64,000 nucleotides of DNA from an uncultured bacterium (lineage in GTDB: Bacteria > CAYUVA01), in contig CAYUVA010000001.1 in NCBI GenBank assembly GCA_964448115.1, positions 62,001-126,000 of the forward strand, written 5' to 3'. Below, in pieces: positions 48,710-58,577 of the stretch. Numbering within the stretch: the first letter of the stretch is position 1; each line of letters starts with the position of its first letter. Below the pieces are notes generated by a model. That model made no database searches. It saw only the letters and a program-made list of their open reading frames with translations, and was not told the origin of the DNA. A program made the position numbers and the translations under genes.

Positions 48710-49552
48710 ATGGACAGGATAGCCACCAAGTTATCTATGGTTGCTATTTTTGTGGTAACAATAGCCGGTGCATCGGCAACTGAGATACCCACTCCCGAGA
48801 TTCATGGCATTATAGCCTTGCAATATCGTGGATATTTCGGCAATGACGATATTGAAGCCGGCTATGTTGTTCCTGCTGATGAATGGTTTGTTCGCTTTGC
48901 CACCATAGAGCTTATAGGCAAACTCAGCGAACATATCGAATATAATCTGGAGATGGGCATGGCGAGATGCCCCGCCAGCACTACTACCAGTGTCCGCTTG
49001 ATGGAGGCAGGCTTCTTTTTTAAACCATTCGACTCTCTCAAGATAGGCATGAAGAAGGGGCATATTTTGCGAGGCTTCGAGCTTCATGACCGTTGCCTGG
49101 AGATCCTCACCGCAGAAAAACCTCGCTTTGCTACAGCTTTCGCTCCATGTCATCCCGTTGGTGGAGTCATATTGTTCGACCGCGATTTCGCCGAGAATAT
49201 GGGATTGGAAGCCGAACTGGCACTCTTGAATGGACCAGCCGGTGGCACAATGGATGATGAGCATGATGTTAATTTCGGGTTGATCTTCCGAACACCATTG
49301 CCAGGACTTTCCATAGGCGGATACTACAATGATCTGAGCATCGATTTTGATTTCGATTGCACCAAGCAGAAGGCTAATCGTTCCAGTTTCGGCTTCAATT
49401 ACGACCATATAGGCATTCACCTACAGGGTATGATTATGGTCGCTAATCGCCCACAATGCGCCCATTATGAGCGAGCCATGCTCCTCTTCGAGCTGGAACC
49501 ATACATGGGCGAGCAGGTTGAAAGCGCCATCCTGAAACTAAATCGCCTCTAA
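48710..49552 (+). CDS. Porin-like outer-membrane protein, apparently C-terminally truncated
   Basis: Signal peptide and IHG..LQY...FVRFATIEL.G pattern like OprO/P porins; beta-strand pattern stops near 49430 and the tail looks unrelated. Confidence 0.55.
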   Translation: MDRIATKLSMVAIFVVTIAGASATEIPTPEIHGIIALQYRGYFGNDDIEAGYVVPADEWFVRFATIELIGKLSEHIEYNLEMGMARCPASTTTSVRLMEAGFFFKPFDSLKIGMKKGHILRGFELHDRCLEILTAEKPRFATAFAPCHPVGGVILFDRDFAENMGLEAELALLNGPAGGTMDDEHDVNFGLIFRTPLPGLSIGGYYNDLSIDFDFDCTKQKANRSSFGFNYDHIGIHLQGMIMVANRPQCAHYERAMLLFELEPYMGEQVESAILKLNRL

Positions 49553-49625
49553 GGATGAAATGGTAATAGGCATATTTACCAAGATAAATTTCACTAAGGC
49601 ATCCGGATCAAGGAGTTTACCAAAA

Positions 49626-50721
49626 ATGAGAAAAATTGCCTTCATAGGGATTAGTCTCGGGCTTTTGATATTGATTATTCAAAGCCCGGTATCAGCAAAC
49701 CTCGAACACCTGCCTATGCAGGCACGGCAGACAGGTCGAACCTCGAACATCGAACCTTTATGTGCTGCCTCAATCAAACACGATAAATTCTTAAAGCTCC
49801 TGGAGCATCAAGACCGATTGGCAAAACCAGAGCGCAAATTACGGCGCATCCATGCTTTTTACGACCTATCTGGATGAACTGAACGATGGCAGATTAACCC
49901 TCCCCGATTTTGCTGCATCTCCCGATACTGAGCTTATTCTAATTCCCAGCAAAGTCCAAAGTCCAAAGTCTAAAGTCCCAAAAGGTAGTGTTTATGCTTA
50001 TGAGGCAAAGGTAAATTCACAGGCAGATGATACCATTGCCCCGTTTGTCTTCGATGCTCATCCGAGAAAAATAGATATCCCCATTCACTGCGAAATAAAG
50101 GCTGATGTGTTAGATTTTGATAGTGGAGTAAGACAGGAAAGCTTGCAATTATCGGTGTTAGAACAGGTTGTTGATCCAGAGATCATTTCCATCGACTATG
50201 GATATAGGTTGACTTTTCAGCCTCCGCAGCCATTCGATAATAACTCAACCATAACAGTTCAGATAGACGCACAGGATAATAGCGGAAACCAGATGCCCCC
50301 TTATGTCTTCTCCTTTCGTACCCAAAAGATCCCTGGAGAACCGACACCAACTCCCTCCGCAACACCCACTCCTACTATAACCCCTACTCCAAACCATCCA
50401 CCTGAAATCTTGCTCGGTGGTTACATGAATACATCGATAAACTCATCTGAGGGGGGAAGGCTCATCTTGATCGCTATCACTTTCGATGATGATGGGCTGG
50501 AGGACATAGCTTCGGTGGAGTTGTTCTATGAGGATATCGGAACAGGGCTTTATCTGTATGATGATGGTGGCCATTTTGACTTTGAGCCATTTGATGGTGT
50601 TTATGGATTTGTAACTACTATTCCGGCGGGATTATCCCCTGATAGATTCTTGCTTGAAGTCCGAGCAGCCGATGTTTCCGAGTCCATAGCCAGATGGCCC
50701 AGGCTGACAACCAACAACTGA
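49626..50721 (+). pseudogene. Probably frameshifted secreted protein (Ig-like domain, PT linker, shared C-terminal domain)
   Basis: ORF 49626-49877 has an RBS and signal peptide but no domain; overlapping ORF 49852-50721 has the domains but no signal. Confidence 0.55.
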
Positions 50722-51145
50722 CGGGCTGACTTGCAAAAAATCTTTTTTATGTCATACAACTCTGAAGAATTGATTTAATTCGCATTATGATGCTGTTAGA
50801 AACCGCCTCTTTAATACACTAATTATCCAAAATAATTAAATTTTCTTCTTGTTTTAACAGTGCTGTTCGATATTTTCTGTAATCTCGCCAGCCTGGTTAT
50901 ACCCTACATGAGCCTATTACTGATGTCAAGAGGTAATTTCTTGTTGGTTACGCTCTGACGCTGTTGATTGCCTACTTTGTGTCGCTATCCCTGCTTCATG
51001 GAGCAGATACCACCATCGTTGATAGAGCACCTGCGAGATTTTGAGCAGGGGCTTTGAGAAACTATTGCTTTTAATTTAGGAAAACATTCTTAATTTGCTT
51101 AGATTCTCTGAATAACCTCTTTTAAGATGGCTTCATTGAAAAGAT

Positions 51146-51553
51146 CTATATCCAGGTAACGCCTGCCACTTGCCTGGATAGCTGCTCGGTTATAAGGCGA
51201 ACCTTCCTGGTTGACACACCTTTCAAGTACATCTCCTGCAAGGTTACCCCCAAAGCCTTTTCGCTTCTTTGATAGCGCTTAAAAAGCCCAGTCTTGAAGC
51301 TACCATCGCGGTCCTGAGGAACCTGCAGCTCCAGAGTTCCTACACGAGTCTTCAATTTTCTTGGCTTATAGCCATTTCTATGCCCTTGTCGAGATTTGCT
51401 GCGTTCATACTTCGCTGCTCGTAGATGTTCTCTCATCTCGCTTTCGAGAAGAAGTTGAAGCGCTGTGGTTAATAGTTCCTTTAGAAAACCGGGATCATCG
51501 ATTAGCGGAGCTTGACTTTCCATCTTGTTAACCATATTTTTTGTATTGGTCAT
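51146..51553 (-). mobile_element. Truncated IS256-family (Mutator) transposase
   Basis: YERS..R.GHRNGYKPRKLKTRVGTLELQVPQDRDGSF...YQRSE...EMYLKGVSTRKV; ends after 135 aa, before the DDE domain. Confidence 0.92.
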
Positions 51554-51704
51554 CGTTTATCCTTTCAGTTAGAAAGTTTACCTTATTATCAGGATAACGA
51601 TGACATTTTCGCCCTCATCCTAACCCTCTCCCTGGGGAGATTGTCTTAACCCTATAAAATGTCATCTCGATTCGATACATTATCTGGATGGCAGGAGACA
51701 AGGC

Positions 51705-52637
51705 TCAAGTCTTATACATCAACCATCTCAGCAGCGTAAGGGAGGTATCGAGCTTCTCCTCTTTACCCGGCTCATAGGGGAGCATGTAAAATCCGCTATC
51801 GCTCAGTATCATCTCGGCACAACGAGCGCAAACATTCAGCTCAAAAGACCTACCCAATGTTAATCCTAGCTCCGGCTTGGTAGCGATAAGCACATCCGCT
51901 CTGCCAGCAACATCTCCCTTCACCTTCTTTGCTTCGGCGACCTGTGGCTCCAGGGCAACATCCAATGAGAGCGGTCCATCGACCAACATATCGCCTAGCT
52001 GCCCGCGGTCTCCCATCTTGGCAACCACGGCAGCATCGGTAGTCGCCTCCATACCGGGATAAACAAGCTCTACTACCGCCAGTAAGGCAACCTTAGGGGC
52101 TCTTCCGAGAACCTTATGAGCTAACCTGCCCAGGTTGGTGGTGATGGCAGCCTTTTCTTTCACCCCAGGCTCAGCAGCTCCGTACATATCTCCCAGAAAG
52201 AGCAACCTTTCCAGCGAAGATATCTCGTAAACACCGATATGATTAAGGAAGATAGGCTTGCCACCGCTATCTTTGCTATCTAATCCCAGAAAGCCATCCT
52301 CCATGGCACGCCAGCCCATCTCTCCGTTGATTATGCAATCAACCTCTCCGGCTTCTCCCTTTTGCCATGCTTTCAATAGAATCTGCCTTACATCAGGCTC
52401 GTGGATGATATCTTCTTTGTTTACCTTCAAGTTGATTTTCTTTAGTCTGTCGGCTATCTTTTCCCTATTTCCGACCATCTGCAGGCTTAGCGGGTGTTTA
52501 TCAAAGACCAGCTTCAGTGCAGCCAGGTCTTGCTCACTGGGGAGTCCTAACATCAACACCTTGAGCTTGGTATCCTTCCCTGTTTTTCTCAGGGCATGTT
52601 GAAGTTCCTTAAAAGATCTTATCGTATCGCTCATCAT
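51705..52637 (-). CDS. Phosphate acyltransferase (PTA/PTB family), divergent paralogue
   Basis: PKVALLAVVELVYPGMEATTDAA, VDGPLSLDVAL, VAGRADVL; N- and C-terminal motifs degenerate. Confidence 0.8.
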   Translation of the reverse strand: MMSDTIRSFKELQHALRKTGKDTKLKVLMLGLPSEQDLAALKLVFDKHPLSLQMVGNREKIADRLKKINLKVNKEDIIHEPDVRQILLKAWQKGEAGEVDCIINGEMGWRAMEDGFLGLDSKDSGGKPIFLNHIGVYEISSLERLLFLGDMYGAAEPGVKEKAAITTNLGRLAHKVLGRAPKVALLAVVELVYPGMEATTDAAVVAKMGDRGQLGDMLVDGPLSLDVALEPQVAEAKKVKGDVAGRADVLIATKPELGLTLGRSFELNVCARCAEMILSDSGFYMLPYEPGKEEKLDTSLTLLRWLMYKT

Positions 52638-53575
52638 TGCACCCCCTGTTCCTTTAGATATTGAGCTACCACGGCGGCGATAGCCAGGGAGGCTTTCTTA
52701 TTTCTATGGCTATCGGTTCTAGATACCAGGCTTACTGGCACCTTTGAGCCGACGATCACTCCATGGAACACGGTATCATGGTATAAGACCATCGCCTTAG
52801 TGGGAGTATTGCAGACCTCGATAGTGGGAACGACCAGAATGTCAGCGTCACCAGCGACCTGGCTGTCGAGTTGATTGCCATTGCATCTGCCGGTGATGGC
52901 AGCTTCATAGCTTAATGGTCCCTCGATTGTTATTCTTTGCTTCAATTCATTATCGAGCCTGTCTATGATCTCAACCGCCTCTTTTGATGAAGGGAAGCGC
53001 TGGTTGATACCATCGACAGTAGATATGACAGCGACCTTGGGCTTATCAACGCCGAGGGCGTTTGCTACGGTAACCGCATTTCTTATGATAGCCATTCGCT
53101 CCTCGATGGTAGGCTGGGGGATTATTCCCCCGTCAGTTATGTTTAGCAGCTTGTGATAGCTAGGAATTCCGAGTACAGCGCAGTGGCTCATGGTTCCAGT
53201 GCCTCGAAGGTCGTATTTCTTGGACAATATTGTCTTGAGCAACAGGCTGGTGCCCAGGAATCCCTTCATAATGATCTGTGCTTGCTCGCTATCAGCAAGT
53301 CGGCATGCCTCCTGGGCAGCTCCCTTTTCATCGGGGATATCGACTATCTCCAGATCTGAAGAAGGGATCTGAAGCTCCTCGCAGAGCATCAGTATCTTCG
53401 GTTTATCGCCCACCAGGATACCTTTGACCATATTTTCCTTCTGTGCCTCATAGACCGCCTCGATGACATCCTTGTCAGCAGCGGCGGCGACAGCTATCCG
53501 TTTTGCACCGTACTTGGCGCCGTTTTCTCGGGCACGCTCCAGTACATCCTCAGCGCTTTTGAGAACCTGTTTCAT
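52634..53575 (-). CDS. ptb: Phosphate butyryltransferase-like protein
   Basis: IAVAAAAD, IMKG, SH, TDGG, VAGDADILVVPTIE..N, SRTDS...K. Confidence 0.8.
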   Translation of the reverse strand: MKQVLKSAEDVLERARENGAKYGAKRIAVAAAADKDVIEAVYEAQKENMVKGILVGDKPKILMLCEELQIPSSDLEIVDIPDEKGAAQEACRLADSEQAQIIMKGFLGTSLLLKTILSKKYDLRGTGTMSHCAVLGIPSYHKLLNITDGGIIPQPTIEERMAIIRNAVTVANALGVDKPKVAVISTVDGINQRFPSSKEAVEIIDRLDNELKQRITIEGPLSYEAAITGRCNGNQLDSQVAGDADILVVPTIEVCNTPTKAMVLYHDTVFHGVIVGSKVPVSLVSRTDSHRNKKASLAIAAVVAQYLKEQGVQ

Positions 53576-53873
53576 AGTTCCCCCTTTATTTTCAATTGCT
53601 TATCTTTGCCAATCACACTCATCCCAAGTCGGCAATAATGATACAAAGTTTCTCACTTCTTAGCAAGAAGCTCTCCAAAAGGCACCTAGATAAGATCTTG
53701 GGAATTAAAGATCTTTAAGGCTTTTTTCATTTCTTCATGAAATAAGATAATTAGGAAATTAAAAATAGAATATCTAAAAAATAGACTTTACAAATGGACC
53801 AAAAGGTATTATATTATTACTAGAGATATTCGGCAGGAGAAATTGAAGCTGTATATAAGGGAGAGCAGCGACA

Positions 53874-54275
53874 ATGAATGATTTTTTAAACTGTGAAGCT
53901 AGAATCCTAGTTATGGATGACGAGGCGATCATCAGAGAAGTAGTTGTTGAGCTGCTCAAAGAGCTTGGATACGAGGCGACGGCAGTGGAAGACGGGAAGA
54001 AATGTCTTGAAGTCTATGATGAAGCAACCGTGAGCGGAAAGCCTTTCGACCTGGTTATACTTGACATGAACGTATCCCAAGGCATGGGTGGCATAGAGAC
54101 AATCGATCTGCTGCGCAAGATAGATCCTAAGGTCAAGGCGATGGCTTCCAGCGGCTCCTCTTATGACCCGGTCATGGAACAGCCGCATAAGTTTGGATTT
54201 CAGGCTGCACTCGAAAAGCCCTTCGACTTGGAGAAGCTAGCCTCAGCAGTAAATGCCGTACTCAAGAAGCATTAG
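53874..54275 (+). CDS. Single-domain response regulator
   Basis: ILVMDDE, FDLVILD, ASSG, KPF. Confidence 0.92.
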   Translation: MNDFLNCEARILVMDDEAIIREVVVELLKELGYEATAVEDGKKCLEVYDEATVSGKPFDLVILDMNVSQGMGGIETIDLLRKIDPKVKAMASSGSSYDPVMEQPHKFGFQAALEKPFDLEKLASAVNAVLKKH

Positions 54276-54286
54276 TGCTTCTTCCG

Positions 54287-57200
54287 CTATTCGACCACCA
54301 ATTCTGCCACGCTTCCCTTTCCTCTTTGATCTGCTTTTACAACCAGCCTAGCTCTAATGAATTCCCTCAGATCGCTTACATGGGATATAATCCCTACCAG
54401 GCGCCCACCCTTGTTCAGCTCCAGCAGAGCATCCATTGCCATATCAAGCGACTCCGCATCCAGGTTGCCGAAACCCTCATCGATGAATATCGTCTCCAGT
54501 GAGATCCCGCCGGCATAGCTTTGCACCGACTCTGCCAAGCCTAATGCCAGCGATAACGCAGCCAGGAAGCTCTCGCCACCGCTTAGGGTGCCAACATGGC
54601 GATAGCGACCGGTAAAGGCATCGTGTACATCTATATCCAAGCCAGTCTGCCTGCCCCCGCGCATCCTTTCATCGCGTAGGTGAAACCAATAGCGACCATT
54701 GCTCATCTTCTTGAGCCTTAATGATGCTAGGTATAGGGCATCATCGAACATGGAGCGCAGAACCCATCGATGAAAGCTCAACCTATGAATATTCTTTCCA
54801 GTGGTCGTCTCGTAAAGGCTCTGGATTACCTGGTATCGATCCTGAAGCCTCTTGAGGTCTTTTATCGTCCTGTCGTATTGATGATTGATCTCCTGGTACA
54901 GTTTCAGCTTTTCCTCCAGCCTTCCATGTTGTGCATGAAGCCCATCTTCTTTTTCTTTTATTTCTTCAAGCTCACGCTGCAAGGTCTCGATATCCGGCAT
55001 CGCAATCCCTTTGGCATCGGCTTGAGCCTCTTGATAGGCATCCTTTGCCGAGCGCAGGCTCTGCTCGTAATCCTTGATGGTTGCCTCCAGGTGATCCATC
55101 TCAGAAGGAGTGCGTTTGGCTCGTTGATAATCTCTCAACTCAGCGAAGCCAGCCTTTTTAAGCTGGTCAAGGAATCTTTGTCGGTGTTCATCGGCAATCT
55201 TGATCCTTTCTTGGCAAGCCTCGATGGCAGCCTGGTATGCTCGTTTACAACCGGCAAACTGACTTTCAGCCTTGGTAGCAGCTTTAAGGGCGATCTCCAA
55301 TGCATTTTTCATATCTTCCAGTTTACCCTCTGTCTCCTGGATAGCTTGTTGCAGCTTCATTGGCTCCTGCAATGCCCCCGGCAGCACATTCTGTAGCTCC
55401 TTTTTGTATTGTTCAACGGTTCCATGCAACTGATCCCTTGCGCTTCGTTGTGTTCTCAATCGCTCATCAAGGGTAGCTACCCGGTCGATGAGCTTGCTGC
55501 GTTTTTGCTTAAGCTGCTTTGCCCGTTGAGAAAGTGCTTCCAGGCTTCGATTAGCCTCTTGCGAGGTCTTAAGTTGGTCTTCGATCTCTCCTTTGGTGGT
55601 CATCAAATCATCGAGGCTGATCGATTCCTGTTTTGCCAGGTTGCTGATTAGTGCATCAGCCTTGCTTTTAAGCGCTGCCAGGTCGCTTTGAGAGGCAGAT
55701 AACAGCCTCGATAGCTCCCTTGCTTTTTCCTCTAATTGGTGGACTTTTTGTTTTTGATGTTTGATCTCTTTCTCCGTGGGCAGTTTAAGCTCGCTAGTCG
55801 CTGGTTGAGGATGCTCCATGGAGCCGCAGACCGGGCAGGGCTTACCCGGTTGCAGGCTGGCGGCGAGGATGGCAGCCTGCCCGTGTAACCATCGCTGCTC
55901 GAGGTCCTCGAGTTCCCTTTTCTCATATTCCAGGTTACCCTCTGCCTTGGCTAGCTGGATCGATATTTTTCTTATCTCCTTCTGCGCAGCGGTGGTCTGC
56001 TGGTTAGCCTGGTCGAGCTGTTTTCTCCAATCAATATGTTTTTTTATATCATGGAGCGTTTTTTGGTGAAGTTGTATTGAAGATGCCGCATGCTTTGCTT
56101 GATCAACTGCTTGTTGATTATCCTCGAGGCTCTTTTCGGTTTTATCCAATTCCTGCTTAGCCAGCTTGTATTGATCTTCCAGGTGGTTTACCTTTTCTTG
56201 ATATCCCTTTAGTTCATTCTCGCTTTCCTCGAGGGCTTGTACCCTGGGCAGTGAGTCCCTGAGTCGCATCAGGTAACTATGGGCTTTTTCTCTTTCCTTT
56301 TCACGCTCGAGTTGTGCGTTCAGGTTGGATTTTTTCTTTTCCAGGTCTGCTTCAGCGCGCCGAAGCTCCTCCTTGGCAATATTTTTTCTTTTGATTTCCT
56401 GCTGTGCCTCCTCATCGCGCTGTTTAAGTGTTGTCTCCTTTTCGTGGAAAGGCAGCGCCAGGCGAGCCAGCTTATATTCCTCTCGTTTCATATCAAGCTC
56501 AGCTTTCCTGCTTAGCAGGTACTCATACGACTGTCTTGTTTGGTTTAGCTTATTGAGCAGCTCGATGTCCCTCTGTGCCTTATTCAATCTTTTTTGAGCC
56601 ACTTTTTCATTATCCTGTAGCTCAACCATTTTGTTCTCATTTTGTTTAATTTTTTCTTTTGTTTGCTCAATAAGCTCTTCTAACATCTGCTTTGATTGCA
56701 CGCCGGTCTGCTCCAGCAAGGTATCCTTCCTGGTGTCCAGCGTATTCAATTCCCCTTTGAGTGCATTTACCTTGAGCCTCAATTCTTCCTCTATTTTGCG
56801 GTACAGCTCGGTATCGAACAAGGATTCCAGTATGTTTTCCCTCTCCCTGGAATCGGCAGTTAAAAAGGCGCGAAATTTGCCCTGGGGGATGATAACAACT
56901 TGACGGAACTGGGAGCTATTCAGACCGATGATTTCTTCTATCTTTTCATTCACCTTGTTAACACCATTAGCCAGCAGCTCTACCTCGTAAAATCGATTGG
57001 CTTCATGTTCCAGTTGCCATAGTTTCGCCTTTGCAGGCTCGGTCGTGGTTCCGGATCCGCGTAGTTTCTCCCGCTCATACTTCGGACTCCTGGTAACTCG
57101 GTAATACTTACCACGCAGTTGAAAGTCCAAGGTTACCTCTGTTATATCATTTGGCTCTGCGTAGTGGCTGCGCATGTCATTCCCTTGCCTGTCGGAGTTT

Positions 57201-57382
57201 GAACTTTGTCCGGATGCCTCGTCGTATAGAGCGAAACATAAGGCATCGAGGATGGTCGTCTTACCGGAGCCGGTGGGTCCGCATATAAGAAATAAAGTAT
57301 GGTCTCCCAGCCTAGTGAAGTCTATGACCTGCTCTTCCAGGTATGTGCCAAAGCCCTGTATTTTCAGCACCAACGGGCGCAT
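54287..57382 (-). CDS. sbcC: SbcC (Rad50-like) ATPase
   Basis: Walker A GPTGSGKTT, long coiled coil with CPVCGS zinc hook, LSGGE, FIDEGFG; start at ATG 57382 just after the sbcD stop. Confidence 0.95.
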   Translation of the reverse strand: MRPLVLKIQGFGTYLEEQVIDFTRLGDHTLFLICGPTGSGKTTILDALCFALYDEASGQSSNSDRQGNDMRSHYAEPNDITEVTLDFQLRGKYYRVTRSPKYEREKLRGSGTTTEPAKAKLWQLEHEANRFYEVELLANGVNKVNEKIEEIIGLNSSQFRQVVIIPQGKFRAFLTADSRERENILESLFDTELYRKIEEELRLKVNALKGELNTLDTRKDTLLEQTGVQSKQMLEELIEQTKEKIKQNENKMVELQDNEKVAQKRLNKAQRDIELLNKLNQTRQSYEYLLSRKAELDMKREEYKLARLALPFHEKETTLKQRDEEAQQEIKRKNIAKEELRRAEADLEKKKSNLNAQLEREKEREKAHSYLMRLRDSLPRVQALEESENELKGYQEKVNHLEDQYKLAKQELDKTEKSLEDNQQAVDQAKHAASSIQLHQKTLHDIKKHIDWRKQLDQANQQTTAAQKEIRKISIQLAKAEGNLEYEKRELEDLEQRWLHGQAAILAASLQPGKPCPVCGSMEHPQPATSELKLPTEKEIKHQKQKVHQLEEKARELSRLLSASQSDLAALKSKADALISNLAKQESISLDDLMTTKGEIEDQLKTSQEANRSLEALSQRAKQLKQKRSKLIDRVATLDERLRTQRSARDQLHGTVEQYKKELQNVLPGALQEPMKLQQAIQETEGKLEDMKNALEIALKAATKAESQFAGCKRAYQAAIEACQERIKIADEHRQRFLDQLKKAGFAELRDYQRAKRTPSEMDHLEATIKDYEQSLRSAKDAYQEAQADAKGIAMPDIETLQRELEEIKEKEDGLHAQHGRLEEKLKLYQEINHQYDRTIKDLKRLQDRYQVIQSLYETTTGKNIHRLSFHRWVLRSMFDDALYLASLRLKKMSNGRYWFHLRDERMRGGRQTGLDIDVHDAFTGRYRHVGTLSGGESFLAALSLALGLAESVQSYAGGISLETIFIDEGFGNLDAESLDMAMDALLELNKGGRLVGIISHVSDLREFIRARLVVKADQRGKGSVAELVVE

Positions 57383-57383
57383 C

Positions 57384-58541
57384 TCATGTCTCCTTCTGGA
57401 TTGCGATGATACGATCCAGTATCCTAGAAAACTCGTCAAGTTCTTCTTTCGATGGCTCGCTATCATGTATCTCGCTGTAGAATTTTCTGAATAATGTCTT
57501 AGGATCCAGGCAGACAGTTTCCTTATCCATGCCTGCAATCTGGGCTGCAACCTCCTCCAGCCTTTTTTTTCGGATGCTCAGCGCATTGGGATAGACCTCG
57601 CGCAGCCTGCCCATAAGGTCATAACCGGGCAGCTCATCCTTCAGGATAACCTGGATGTAGTCCTCCCTTGCCTGGTCCGATGCACCAGCGGCGAGTATAT
57701 CCTTAAAGTATCCCTCGATGATGCGGACATCTCGTCGGGGGTTTAGTGTTATCCTCTCTAGGGAATAATCTCCCTTTGCCTTAATCTCGACCAGCGAAAC
57801 CGACTTCTTATGATGCGCCTCATCGAATGAATATTTCATCAAGGAGCCGCTGTACTGTATATTCTGGTTCCCTCCCACCGATTGTGGGCGATGCAGGTGT
57901 CCCAATGCTACATAATCAAAGCCGCCCAAGATGCCGGGATCGACCTGGTCGGCGCCACCGATCATTGTCAAGGGTCTCTCCGAGTCGCAGCTTGTACCTC
58001 CCCTAACGAAGGCATGAGTAATCAATACCGAGCGCTTACCAGGCGGATGGCTTTCATTGATAGCACCGATCAGCCTGCCCATAGCCTGGTTGTGATCTTT
58101 TATGGCATCATCGCCAAAAAGAATCCTTACCTCTGATGGATCACAGTAGGGTACGGGGTAGAAATATATCTCTCCATGCTTGTCAGTTAATACAATCGGT
58201 CTAGTAATTGTTGAAGCGTTGCATGATACATGCAATCTATGTTGCTCGAAGATACGGGAGCCGAAGCCGAGGCGATGTGGGCTGTCGTGATTGCCGGCGA
58301 TGATGATCACCTCGATATCCAGATCGGATAACAAGCGATACAAGAAGTCATCCAACAGGCTAACAGCCCCAGGTGGTGGGATGGCTCGGTCGTAGATATC
58401 GCCAGCTATGAGCAAGCCATCTGCCCTTGTATCCTTTAACAAACCATAAAGCTCATCGAGCAGATAGCCCTGGTCCTCGGTTAGATATATTCCGTGAAAT
58501 ATCCTCCCCAGGTGCCAATCAGCGCTATGAACAATCCGCAT
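57384..58541 (-). CDS. sbcD: SbcD (Mre11-like) nuclease
   Basis: HSADWHLG, AGDIYD, GNHDS, YVALGHLHRPQ, YSGSLMKYSFDE. Confidence 0.96.
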   Translation of the reverse strand: MRIVHSADWHLGRIFHGIYLTEDQGYLLDELYGLLKDTRADGLLIAGDIYDRAIPPPGAVSLLDDFLYRLLSDLDIEVIIIAGNHDSPHRLGFGSRIFEQHRLHVSCNASTITRPIVLTDKHGEIYFYPVPYCDPSEVRILFGDDAIKDHNQAMGRLIGAINESHPPGKRSVLITHAFVRGGTSCDSERPLTMIGGADQVDPGILGGFDYVALGHLHRPQSVGGNQNIQYSGSLMKYSFDEAHHKKSVSLVEIKAKGDYSLERITLNPRRDVRIIEGYFKDILAAGASDQAREDYIQVILKDELPGYDLMGRLREVYPNALSIRKKRLEEVAAQIAGMDKETVCLDPKTLFRKFYSEIHDSEPSKEELDEFSRILDRIIAIQKET

Positions 58542-58577
58542 AAGGCATTATTGACACAGGGAGATCTTGATTTCAAG

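Noticed and set aside
49875-49931. Sec read-through of the TGA ending ORF 49560-49877, and of other TGA stops in the window
   Set aside because: No SECIS-like hairpin or redox-motif context was seen; many of the other TGA stops overlap or abut the next start codon.
50890-51060. Possible IS110-like 3' end on the minus strand
   Set aside because: Only a vague resemblance and no catalytic motif; too weak to call.
54287-58541. SMC-based defence system (Wadjet/Lamassu)
   Set aside because: It is a canonical sbcD-sbcC pair with a zinc hook and no effector genes.
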